Origin: Candidatus Moraniibacteriota bacterium
GTDB taxonomy: Bacteria > Patescibacteriota > Minisyncoccia > Moranbacterales > GWC2-37-73
NCBI GenBank assembly: GCA_035390125.1
Contig: DAOOTD010000001.1
Location: 241,936 to 305,935, forward strand
Length of the DNA stretch: 64,000 nucleotides
Reading direction: 5' to 3'
Shown here: piece after piece, positions 19,768-28,322 of the stretch
How the letters are laid out: each line of letters begins with the position of its first letter
Numbering within the stretch: the first letter of the stretch is position 1
Position numbers and translations under genes: made by a program
Notes under the pieces: model-generated
Seen by the model: the letters and a program-made list of their open reading frames with translations, nothing else
Databases searched by the model: none
What the model was told of the DNA's origin: nothing

Positions 19768-21360
19768 TCACTTTTTTTCTTCAGATCCTGCATTTTTGTC
19801 GGCAACCATTGATAATGCTTCACCAATGTTTACGCCGGCTTTTTTGAACAGATCTTCCAGGTCAATACCTTGGGTTTTCAAAATTCTGACAACATTGGCT
19901 ACTGTCTGAGGAACTATGCTTCCCATGGTCTGAAGACCTTCACCTTTTCCGCCCATATCAACGATTTTGATGTTGTCGATGCTGCCAAAAGGTAAGGCCA
20001 CGCTCTTGAAAATCGATTCTCCGACTTTGGCCAGTGCTTCTCCACCTTTGTCTACCAGGGCCGGCAAGCGGTCGAGGATAATAATCAGACGCGAGGCATC
20101 ATTCATTTGAGCCAATGCTTCAGCCATGGCCTTGGTACCAGTAGCTTCAGCGGTAAGTTTCTTTTCCACCTTGGCCGCTTCGCCTTCCGCCGATGCCATC
20201 AAAGTAGCTCTGATCTTATTGGCTTCACCTTCGCCTTCCATTGTTTGTGAAACCTTATCAGCTTCAGCTTTGATTTGAACTTTTTTGGACTCGCCTTCCG
20301 CTTCCGTAATTGTGGCTTGCTTATTTGCATCAGCGTCAATAAGTTTTTTCTTCTTGGCTGCTTCGGCCGGCATAACAACGGTGGCTTCGAGTTCTTTCCC
20401 TACCCTTATAACTTCTTTTTCCTGCACATGCGTCTGGGCTTCTTTTTCTGCCGCATCACGTTCAGCTTCCTTGACTTTGAGAACTTTTGACTGATCAGCC
20501 AATTCAATATTTTTTGCCATCTCTGCTTTGGCATTTGCAGTTTCAGTAATGACTTTCATATCGGCAATTTTTACATCGCGGTTCTTATTTGCTTCCGCGA
20601 CCTTGGCTGCATTTTCAGCAGTAACTATCGACGCATCACGTTCGGCATCAGAGACTTTAATTGTTGATTCTCTTTGCGCCTCAGCAACTTTAATGTCTGC
20701 ATCACGTTTAGCTTCGGCCACTGTCTGTTTGCCCAGCGAATCAATGTATCCGTACTGGTCATTGATATCCTGGATAACCAAAGTGATGATGCGCACGCCA
20801 AGAAGCTTTAATTCGGCGCCGGATTCTTCCAGAACTTTCTTATTGAATTCGTCACGCCGTCTCAGTAATTCCTGGATATCCAGTTTACCGATAATTGACC
20901 GCAAATGACCTTTCAGGATGTTTTGGATAAATTTGTTGATTTCTTCTTCAGATTTTCCCAGAAATGCTTGTGCAGCATTGACCAAGTCTTCGAACTCAGT
21001 CGATAACTTGCAGGTTGCCACACCTCTGACTTCAACTTTTACGTTATCTTTATTGGGAATAGATGATTCGTTTATTTCCACCTGAAAGGCGGATGTCGAC
21101 ATTTCCTGGTAATTTTCTACGAATGGGATTTGTACCTTGCCGCCGCCACATACTACCTTAAATCCGAGTGAATATTTTTTGTTTTCAGGAGCGGGACCGG
21201 TATATGTATATTGTCTTCCATAAAAAACACCGACTGCATTTGGCGGAATTTTTTTGTATCTGCTTGCGATGTACTTAAGAGCAAGTATGATACCCACAAC
21301 AACCAACAAAATCATGCCCGGAACAAACGCCTTACTTACAATACTTGATAAAATTTCCAT
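19768..21360 (-). CDS. floT: flotillin-like SPFH/band-7 protein (FloT/YuaG family)
   Basis: N-terminal TM hairpin, an SPFH domain, a long Ala/Glu-rich repeat coiled-coil (AEAKRDADIKVAEAQRE...) and the flotillin C-terminus. Confidence 0.8.
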   Translation of the reverse strand: MEILSSIVSKAFVPGMILLVVVGIILALKYIASRYKKIPPNAVGVFYGRQYTYTGPAPENKKYSLGFKVVCGGGKVQIPFVENYQEMSTSAFQVEINESSIPNKDNVKVEVRGVATCKLSTEFEDLVNAAQAFLGKSEEEINKFIQNILKGHLRSIIGKLDIQELLRRRDEFNKKVLEESGAELKLLGVRIITLVIQDINDQYGYIDSLGKQTVAEAKRDADIKVAEAQRESTIKVSDAERDASIVTAENAAKVAEANKNRDVKIADMKVITETANAKAEMAKNIELADQSKVLKVKEAERDAAEKEAQTHVQEKEVIRVGKELEATVVMPAEAAKKKKLIDADANKQATITEAEGESKKVQIKAEADKVSQTMEGEGEANKIRATLMASAEGEAAKVEKKLTAEATGTKAMAEALAQMNDASRLIIILDRLPALVDKGGEALAKVGESIFKSVALPFGSIDNIKIVDMGGKGEGLQTMGSIVPQTVANVVRILKTQGIDLEDLFKKAGVNIGEALSMVADKNAGSEEKK

Positions 21361-21412
21361 GAATTCTTTCCTCTCTTTCGTTTGATTTTATAATTTGGGT
21401 TTATGCTACTTA

Positions 21413-21934
21413 TTATACAGTTTTCACTGTAAGTTTTCCGCCAACAACCTTTTCAACGATAACTGTTTTGTCTTTATCTATCGGTTTACCGTCATTGGAA
21501 CAGGCCATAAACGTACAGTAACGTCCATTCATGGTCATTCCTACTTCTCCGATGGCGCCTTGATCAATAGGCGTAACAACCGTAGCTGTTAATCCTACCG
21601 CGTCAGAAGTATTAACTACCGATGAGCCTTGCTGTTTGTAAATTGCTTTATAAACAAGCCACATTACGATAGCAAAAAAAACTCCTGAGCTTGCGCCGAC
21701 AAAAGATGCATTTGGATACGACAAATCATAGTAACGAGCTACCGCACCTGCGGCACCAAAGGTCATTATGAATGTCGATATCACCTTCATGGAAAAAATA
21801 CTGACCGTTGATTCGCCACTTCCGCCGGCATCATGACTTACGTCATGATCATGATCCATATCATGGTCACCGAAAATGTGGGATCCAATGGTAAGTAATA
21901 ATCCTGACAACGCAATTGCAACAAAAATCAACAT
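21413..21934 (-). CDS. nfeD: NfeD-like membrane protein, short form (YuaF-like), flotillin partner
   Basis: Two N-terminal TM helices and a C-terminal OB-fold-like beta domain. An AAAGGAGGG RBS precedes the internal ATG at 21934. The tracked ORF start at 22084 is probably too long. Confidence 0.65.
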   Translation of the reverse strand: MLIFVAIALSGLLLTIGSHIFGDHDMDHDHDVSHDAGGSGESTVSIFSMKVISTFIMTFGAAGAVARYYDLSYPNASFVGASSGVFFAIVMWLVYKAIYKQQGSSVVNTSDAVGLTATVVTPIDQGAIGEVGMTMNGRYCTFMACSNDGKPIDKDKTVIVEKVVGGKLTVKTV

Positions 21935-22095
21935 AAAAAACCCTCCTTTCTTTTTCTCTTTATTCGTTGTATTTTGTTTGTAAAAATTTAATTGTAAAAC
22001 AACGCTATTGCAAAAATTATTGCAACCTTCTTGTATAGCAGATAAATATAATTTTGTCAAGTGGTGAAAGTATTTTATTATCATTTTCTTTGCAA

Positions 22096-22137
22096 TAAAA
22101 AATAAGGCTCAAGCAAGCCTTATTTTTATCGCGTACA
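22096..22137. repeat. direct repeat copy 1 (hairpin AATAAGGCT-CAAGCA-AGCCTTATT plus ATCGCGTAC)
   Basis: About 40 nt are identical to 22628-22669. Confidence 0.7.
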
Positions 22138-22263
22138 CTTCGCACTCACTGGTTGGAACCAAATCATGAGAGAATTGGTTAAATGGGATAAACTTAAGAA
22201 AGGTATCAACCCTTTTATTATTGAAGATTTATTAAAGGCTAGAGAAATAAATAAGGCAAGGGG

Positions 22264-22524
22264 TTAGCCTTGCCTTGTGGAAGATTTGTCTTTTTCCCTC
22301 TCTGCATTCATTTTATTTGCTCTCACATGAAGAGCCTCCGCTGGAGTAATTTTTTGTTTAGCAAATATGTTTATTATTTTGGTTGCAGCTTTCGCGGCGG
22401 AGAATGATTTGGCCGCTTCTTTATAAACAAAACTGCCGTCTTCTTCTTTTTTGAAATTCTTCTTTTGATCGTCGGGAACTTTTTCGAAAGAATCAAATTG
22501 CTTCGGTTTAAACATTTCAGACAT
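22264..22524 (-). CDS. small basic hypothetical protein (86 aa)
   Basis: ORF bracketed by the two direct-repeat copies. Its own hairpin AAGGCAAGG...CCTTGCCTT overlaps the stop codon. Confidence 0.4.
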   Translation of the reverse strand: MSEMFKPKQFDSFEKVPDDQKKNFKKEEDGSFVYKEAAKSFSAAKAATKIINIFAKQKITPAEALHVRANKMNAEREKDKSSTRQG

Positions 22525-22627
22525 ATTTTTTGATTATTTAATATTTATATCTTTATTCTAACACCTAACAACAAACGCGCAAGATTATAAAAAATATAAA
22601 TTGGTTCCAACTACTCCCCTAAGGTAT

Positions 22628-22669
22628 AAAAAAATAAGGCTCAAGCAAGCCTTATTTTTATCGCGTACC
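22628..22669. repeat. direct repeat copy 2; also the terminator immediately 3' of tRNA-Glu
   Basis: Same about 40 nt as 22096-22137. The repeat overlaps the last 3 nt of the tRNA. Confidence 0.7.
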
Positions 22670-22737
22670 ACCACGGGGAATCGAACCCCGGTTACCAGGA
22701 TGAGAACCTGGCGTCCTAGCCGCTAGACGATGGTGGC
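22666..22737 (-). tRNA. tRNA-Glu (anticodon CUC)
   Basis: Minus strand reads GCCACCATCGTCTAGCGGCTAGGACGCCAGGTTCTCATCCTGGTAACCGGGGTTCGATTCCCCGTGGTGGTA. Manual cloverleaf fold with G1-U72. CCA is not encoded. Confidence 0.75.
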
Positions 22738-22834
22738 ATTTGCATGAATTTTATAATACCAATCTTTTCAAATTAAGCAACAGAAACAAGCTATTCTCTG
22801 GCTTCTGAGAATGTAAAATAATTTATAAAAATTT

Positions 22835-24130
22835 CTACAGCCTTACAAATGGTTTCTTTTTCCATTCCTTGTTCTGTCTACAAAGAAGTTTTTTGGCTTG
22901 AGTAGGATCAGCTATTATCTTTTCAACTATTTTCTCCATCCTCATCCCTTGCGAACCTTTAACTAGGACAAAGTCTCCTTCTTTTATAAACTGGGATATT
23001 TTTTCGGCAGCTTTTTCCGGATCATCAAACCGCAAAATATTTTGCTCAGGAAATCCTAGCGTAATCAATTGGCCGACTGTGTGCTGCATTCTATTACCAA
23101 CAGCTATAAAAGCATCTATGTTTTCTGAAAATATTTTTTTGCCAACTTCCTTATGGCCTGATTCTGTTTGATCACCAAGTTCTAACATATCCCCAAGAAC
23201 AGCTATTTTTCTTTTGGCTCTAAGCTGGCCAAGAACTCCCAGCGCCGCAATTGTAGAAATGGGTGAAGCGTTATACGTATCATCAATTATGTAGCTGCCT
23301 TTTATGCCTGGAAGAAGATTGAGCCTACCTAAAGGAGCACGAAAAGATTCTATAGCCTGTGCAATATCAACTAAATTCATTTTAAATATTATTCCGACAC
23401 TCACTGCTGCTAAAGCCGGATATACATAATGTGATGCTAAAAGATTTTTAAGGCGGATAGGAATGTTTTTACCGTCATAATTGAGCTTGAAGCTTATGCC
23501 TTCAGGACTCTCGTTTTCATAATTATAAATCAGATTAGATCCATTGACAGTGGCGTTTTCATTTAAACCATACGTTAGAACATGTGCCTTGGTTCGATTG
23601 GCCATTTCCATAACAAGTTCTTCATCGGTATTTAAAATTGCATATCCATCAGGGTTTAATGATTCAATAAGTATTCTTTTTTCTTTAGCAATGTTTTCAA
23701 CTGTATTAAAAAACTCAATATGGCTCAAAGAAACGTTTGTAACAACTCCTACCATAGGATGTATGAATGACATGAAATATTTCATGTCATCTGGGCGATC
23801 GACTCCGAGTTCAAACACTAAAATTTCCGGATAAAATGGAAACACCAATATGAAAATCCATTTAAAAAATACCCATATCCATTTGAAAATATTTTTATTG
23901 CCGCTTTCGGCTCCAATAATTGTTAATGGAATTCCAATTTCATTATTATAATTTTTCTGATTTTCACGTACATTATATCTATAGGAAAGCACCGTAAAAA
24001 TAGCTTCTCTAGAAGAAGTTTTTCCAACTGATCCAGTAATAGCCACAATTTTAGGCTTATGACGCTTAAGAACGGCAATAGCCATGAGACGCAGTATTTT
24101 TTCTAAAAATATTAGCTTCTTTGACTTCAT
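22835..24130 (-). CDS. murF: UDP-MurNAc-tripeptide--D-Ala-D-Ala ligase MurF (with a hydrophobic insertion)
   Basis: Mur ligase P-loop AITGSVGKTS; MurF-specific NNEIGIPLT and DDTYNASP. An unusual roughly 45-aa hydrophobic insert (WIWVFFKWIFILVFPFYPEILVF) is present. Confidence 0.7.
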   Translation of the reverse strand: MKSKKLIFLEKILRLMAIAVLKRHKPKIVAITGSVGKTSSREAIFTVLSYRYNVRENQKNYNNEIGIPLTIIGAESGNKNIFKWIWVFFKWIFILVFPFYPEILVFELGVDRPDDMKYFMSFIHPMVGVVTNVSLSHIEFFNTVENIAKEKRILIESLNPDGYAILNTDEELVMEMANRTKAHVLTYGLNENATVNGSNLIYNYENESPEGISFKLNYDGKNIPIRLKNLLASHYVYPALAAVSVGIIFKMNLVDIAQAIESFRAPLGRLNLLPGIKGSYIIDDTYNASPISTIAALGVLGQLRAKRKIAVLGDMLELGDQTESGHKEVGKKIFSENIDAFIAVGNRMQHTVGQLITLGFPEQNILRFDDPEKAAEKISQFIKEGDFVLVKGSQGMRMEKIVEKIIADPTQAKKLLCRQNKEWKKKPFVRL

Positions 24131-24138
24131 AATAAAAT

Positions 24139-26100
24139 TTAATCGCTTGATGTAATAACTTTTTCTCTTGATTCTTTCTTGTCATTTTTTTCAGTTGCCT
24201 GGTTTACTGGCTGTGAAACTACCTGATTTGGTGGCCATTGTATTGGCGCCATTTTTGCTAGTGGACTTGATTCTGGATTTTCTGTAGGCGATACTTTGTA
24301 ATATTTAAGCAAAAACTTCATAACCTGTCCAAATGCTGGTGCAGCTGAAGATTCTGCCCATTGTACATCTCTGGGATTTACAATTTTTACTAAAACAACA
24401 AATTTAGGATCATCTATAGGTGCATATCCAGCAAAAGAACCTATGTTCATACCTTCTTCATATCCTTTTGAACCAGATTTTGCAATCTGGGCTGTTCCCG
24501 TCTTCCCTCCCACAAGATAACCTGGAACATCGGCACGTTTTCCGTGGCCTTCAACCACAACGCTTCTGAGCATTTTTGATATCTGCTCAGCCGTACTTTC
24601 TGAAATAACTTGCCTTACCTCTTCAGGCTTAATTTCTTCTTCATGCCCGTCGCTATAGCGTAACCTATCAACAATCTGCGGTTTCATTAGAACACCCTTA
24701 TTGGCAAATACGGCGTACCCGGAAATTAGTTGCAAAGGAGTTACAGAAATACCCTGCCCGAAAGATGCAGTAAAAAAGTTAATGGTTATTTTTGGATTAT
24801 TTAGATTTTTTATATTTCCAGGAACTTCTCCAGGCAATTCTATGCCACTTTTTTCCCCAAATCCAAACCTTTGTATATAATCAGCAAATTTCTTATTGCC
24901 AACTAATTTTTCAATATATATTACTCCTGTATTCAGTGATTTTTCTAAAACTTGAGTCATTGTCTGCACTCCATTAGCTTTCATGTCAGAATTATGTATA
25001 CTATACCCTGCTTCTTTAACAACTCCTGTATCTGTATAAGTAGTATCTGGATTAATTTTTCCGCTATCTATTCCTGTTGCTACAGTAAAGGCTTTGAAAA
25101 CTGAGCCTGATTCATATGGTTGACTGACAGCAGAGTTGACGAATCTGGAAATATCTTCTGTCTTTGAGAATTCATTGGGATTAAAACTTGGTTGGTTTGC
25201 CATAGCCAATATCTTTCCAGTTTTAGGATCCATAACTATAATAGTCCCGCTATCTGCCCTAAAACCTTCAACTGCTTCCTTTAATATTTTTTCCACTTCA
25301 AATTGAACGGTATGATTTATGGTTAAAATAAGATCAGGACCATCTTTTTTCTCCTGCAGTTTTCGTTCACTCATAGGTATCCACCTTCCACGTGAATCGC
25401 TTTCCTGCGAAAGTGAGCCTGACTCTCCGCAAAGTTTCTTTTCCCAATAAGCTTCAAGCCCATACATTCCGCGTTGCTGTTCACCATCTGATCCGACAAA
25501 CCCAATAACTTGGGCAGCCAGTTCTTTAGCCGGATAATATCTAAAGCTCTCTCCCAAAAAATATACCCCGGCTATCTTCGCCTCTTGTATTTTTCTAACT
25601 TCATCATCAGAAAGTTTATGTTTGAGTATTTCAAACATATCATTAGGATCACTGCTTAATTTATCTTTTATAAAATCTTTATCTAATCCTAAAATATCAG
25701 ATAATTTTTCACTTGCTTCATTCACATTTTCAATTTCTTTAGGAACTGCATAAGCCATTTGAAGCTCTTGATTTACAGCTATTGGATAAAGCTGATTCTC
25801 ATCTTGTAAAAAAACCTCTCCGCGCTTAGCTAAAAGTTTAGTAGTACTTTTATGCTGGTTTTCAGCCAATTCTAAATAGGTAGAATGCCTATTCACCTGA
25901 AGAACAAACAATTTTGCTAAAATGCAAAAAGCTGTAAAAAAGATAAAAAAAATTAAACAATATATTCTCCAATTATTTTCTCCACAATCAGCATACGGCA
26001 TTTTTTGTTTTATTGTTTTTGTCTTATTCATAGCCATCGAGTCCAAAAATAATCTAAGCTTCTCAATTTTTACTGCCCTTTGAATCATTGCCATAGGCAA
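24139..26100 (-). CDS. ftsI: penicillin-binding protein (FtsI/PBP3-like divisome transpeptidase)
   Basis: SVFK (SXXK) and KTGTAQ motifs, N-terminal TM. Located in mraZ-rsmH-ftsL-ftsI order. The start probably lies at an internal Met to avoid overlap with ftsL. Confidence 0.8.
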   Translation of the reverse strand: MPMAMIQRAVKIEKLRLFLDSMAMNKTKTIKQKMPYADCGENNWRIYCLIFFIFFTAFCILAKLFVLQVNRHSTYLELAENQHKSTTKLLAKRGEVFLQDENQLYPIAVNQELQMAYAVPKEIENVNEASEKLSDILGLDKDFIKDKLSSDPNDMFEILKHKLSDDEVRKIQEAKIAGVYFLGESFRYYPAKELAAQVIGFVGSDGEQQRGMYGLEAYWEKKLCGESGSLSQESDSRGRWIPMSERKLQEKKDGPDLILTINHTVQFEVEKILKEAVEGFRADSGTIIVMDPKTGKILAMANQPSFNPNEFSKTEDISRFVNSAVSQPYESGSVFKAFTVATGIDSGKINPDTTYTDTGVVKEAGYSIHNSDMKANGVQTMTQVLEKSLNTGVIYIEKLVGNKKFADYIQRFGFGEKSGIELPGEVPGNIKNLNNPKITINFFTASFGQGISVTPLQLISGYAVFANKGVLMKPQIVDRLRYSDGHEEEIKPEEVRQVISESTAEQISKMLRSVVVEGHGKRADVPGYLVGGKTGTAQIAKSGSKGYEEGMNIGSFAGYAPIDDPKFVVLVKIVNPRDVQWAESSAAPAFGQVMKFLLKYYKVSPTENPESSPLAKMAPIQWPPNQVVSQPVNQATEKNDKKESREKVITSSD

Positions 26101-26476
26101 CTGAAGAATTTTCTTCGAGATATTTTACACTCGAGACATTAATCATGCCAGCACTCTTGGATTCTTCTTCGATACGATACAATGATTTCAATTCGGCCTC
26201 TTTTATTCTTAGAGATTCTTTAATTTTCTCCTGCTCAGCAATTTCTTTTTCCACTTTGCGTATTTCAATGCCTTTGACAGCCGTCTGATTTATAGAATAA
26301 ACATAGAATAATCCTGAAAATACAGCACATGCAAAAACAATAAACACTGGGTTTATAAATCCCGCTGTGTGTGATTTTAGCGCCTCAATAGGCTGCCAAT
26401 TTGTTTGTATTTTTCTTTTTATTTTTGGTTGCCAATTTAAGGGTTTTTTCCTTATGACAACAGTTCTATTGATCAT
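26063..26476 (-). CDS. ftsL: FtsL-like small bitopic cell-division protein
   Basis: Single TM followed by a coiled coil. Position between rsmH and ftsI. Confidence 0.5.
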   Translation of the reverse strand: MINRTVVIRKKPLNWQPKIKRKIQTNWQPIEALKSHTAGFINPVFIVFACAVFSGLFYVYSINQTAVKGIEIRKVEKEIAEQEKIKESLRIKEAELKSLYRIEEESKSAGMINVSSVKYLEENSSVAYGNDSKGSKN

Positions 26477-26508
26477 TTCTCATGGATCCCCCCAGAGAAA
26501 TAAATGGA

Positions 26509-27435
26509 TTAAATTTTTTCTATCACTCTTAGTTTTGCACTGCGAGCGCGATTATTGATTTTAATCTCGCTATAGCTTGGTGCAATAGGCCTATGATTGA
26601 CTAACCTGGCAATTGGATTGATATGGCATTGGCATACCGGAAATTCCGGCGGGCAAATGCATCCCCTAGCATTTTCCCTGAAAGCATATTTTACCAATGA
26701 ATCCTCACCAGAGTGAAAGGTGATTATTGCAAGCCTTCCTTGTGGCTTTAGCACTTCTATTGCCTGGGAAAGAAACGAATCAAGAGATTCCAACTCACGA
26801 TTCACTTCTATCCTTAGCGCTTGAAATGTTTTTGTTGCATAATGTATTTTCTTCCGTTTATATATATCAGGAACCGAATGCCCTATTATTTCGACAAGTT
26901 CTGATGTCCAGTTTAGCGGTTTTTCTCTGCGCCTAATAACAATATTTCTGGCAATTGAACGGGCATATTTTTCATCGGCTAAATACTTGAGTATTTTTTC
27001 CAGTTCTTTTTCTGTGTAAGTATTCAGAATTTCGGCTGCTGTAATTCCCTTAGTCATATCCATACGCATATCGAGGGCTGAATCGTTTCGGAAACTTATT
27101 CCGCGCTTCGCATCTTCCAGTTGATCAGATGAAATTCCCAAATCTGCCAGAATTGCATCGACTTTTTCTATTTTTAAATTAGCTAAAATATTTTTTAAAT
27201 TCGCAAAATTGTCATTTACCAGGTATATATTTTTCGATTCTTTTATTTCGGCAAACCTTTTTATCGCCTGGATATCCTGATCTATTGCAATCAATATTCC
27301 GCTATCTCCTATTTTCTCAATAATTTTAAAACTATGTCCTCCTCCTCCTAATGTTGCGTCAACTACAATCATTCCTGGTTTTAAATTGAGGGCTTCTATT
27401 GCTTCTTTCAATAAAACTGTCTTATGAATAGGCAT
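26509..27435 (-). CDS. rsmH: 16S rRNA (cytosine1402-N4)-methyltransferase
   Basis: VDATLGGGGHS...ILADLGISSDQLEDAKRGISFRNDSALDMRMD. Confidence 0.9.
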   Translation of the reverse strand: MPIHKTVLLKEAIEALNLKPGMIVVDATLGGGGHSFKIIEKIGDSGILIAIDQDIQAIKRFAEIKESKNIYLVNDNFANLKNILANLKIEKVDAILADLGISSDQLEDAKRGISFRNDSALDMRMDMTKGITAAEILNTYTEKELEKILKYLADEKYARSIARNIVIRRREKPLNWTSELVEIIGHSVPDIYKRKKIHYATKTFQALRIEVNRELESLDSFLSQAIEVLKPQGRLAIITFHSGEDSLVKYAFRENARGCICPPEFPVCQCHINPIARLVNHRPIAPSYSEIKINNRARSAKLRVIEKI

Positions 27436-27437
27436 AT

Positions 27438-27884
27438 TTAGTAGATTCCCAGTTTGCCAAGCTGTTCTGCGATTTCATCGGTATTTTTTTCGGCGCCTGT
27501 TTTATATATCTTCCACTTCTTTTCATCCCAAATTTCCAATCTATTGAAAAGTCCCGCAATCGTAACTGAGCGTCCAAGCCCTGCATATTCTTTAAGATAT
27601 TCCGGCAGTAATACTCTGCCTTGGCTGTCTATGTCACTTTCAATTGCGCCAGCCAGCATTAAACGCACAAAACTTCTGGTAGTTGATTCGCCCATTGGCA
27701 ATGTCCCTAATTTTTCCGCTAAATCTTTCCATACTTTAGCTGGATACACAAATAGGCATTTGTCTAAACCGCGAGTGATTACAACCTTGCCTCCCAATTC
27801 TTTTCTGAATTTTGAAGGAAGCGCTAAGCGCTTTTTTGGATCTATGCTGTGTTGATACTCTCCGATAAACATATTGTTATTCAA
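27438..27884 (-). CDS. mraZ: transcriptional regulator MraZ
   Basis: MFIGEYQHSIDPKKRLALPSKFR plus a second DXXXR repeat. Confidence 0.85.
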   Translation of the reverse strand: MNNNMFIGEYQHSIDPKKRLALPSKFRKELGGKVVITRGLDKCLFVYPAKVWKDLAEKLGTLPMGESTTRSFVRLMLAGAIESDIDSQGRVLLPEYLKEYAGLGRSVTIAGLFNRLEIWDEKKWKIYKTGAEKNTDEIAEQLGKLGIY

Positions 27885-28038
27885 AATACCGATTTATTTT
27901 TGGGAGCACAAAATCATAACTACCCCTTTATAGCAATTATTTTTTTATTGTAATAATATGGGGATGCGATTTCTACAGATACAATATTTGTTTGCGTATT
28001 TGTAGTTTTTAATCGCAACATGTATTACATCGTATTCA

Positions 28039-28100
28039 CCACTTTATTCCACTTTACTACATTATGATGTAATTTTACTCCACCAATCTACATACGTCAA
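28039..28100 (-). promoter_or_regulatory. Pmra promoter (TTGACG-17-TAAAAT) with two MraZ-box direct repeats (AAAGTGG at 10-bp spacing)
   Basis: Minus-strand -35 at 28095-28100 and -10 at 28072-28077. AAAGTGGAATAAAGTGG lies at 28039-28055, between the -10 and mraZ. Confidence 0.5.
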
Positions 28101-28177
28101 CACTTTTTTAACAATAAAAAAATGGCTTTAATAAGCCATTTTTAAAAAGTTATCCACAGTTTTTTTCTATAAAAAAT

Positions 28178-28303
28178 CTATTCTTCTATTTCTTTCATTT
28201 CTTTACCACAGCAGACCAAAACACCGCCACCAACAGTGATAACTTCAACTTCATTTCCGCAAATTTCGCAGCGATATATTTCGCCTATTTTTTCGACTGC
28301 CAT
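28178..28303 (-). CDS. desulforedoxin-like small protein (41 aa, Cys4 iron centre)
   Basis: Translation is [41 protein letters not shown], matching the desulforedoxin pattern YKCELCG...GGG.LVCCG. It is below the ORF-track size cutoff. Confidence 0.65.
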   Translation of the reverse strand: MAVEKIGEIYRCEICGNEVEVITVGGGVLVCCGKEMKEIEE

Positions 28304-28322
28304 AATATTATTTTTTAAAAAA

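Noticed and set aside
20275-20908. Three plus-strand ORFs (71, 69, 126 aa) rich in Ala/Ser/Phe
   Set aside because: Antisense to the Ala/Glu-repeat coiled-coil region of floT. The repetitive GC-rich codons keep the opposite frame open by chance.
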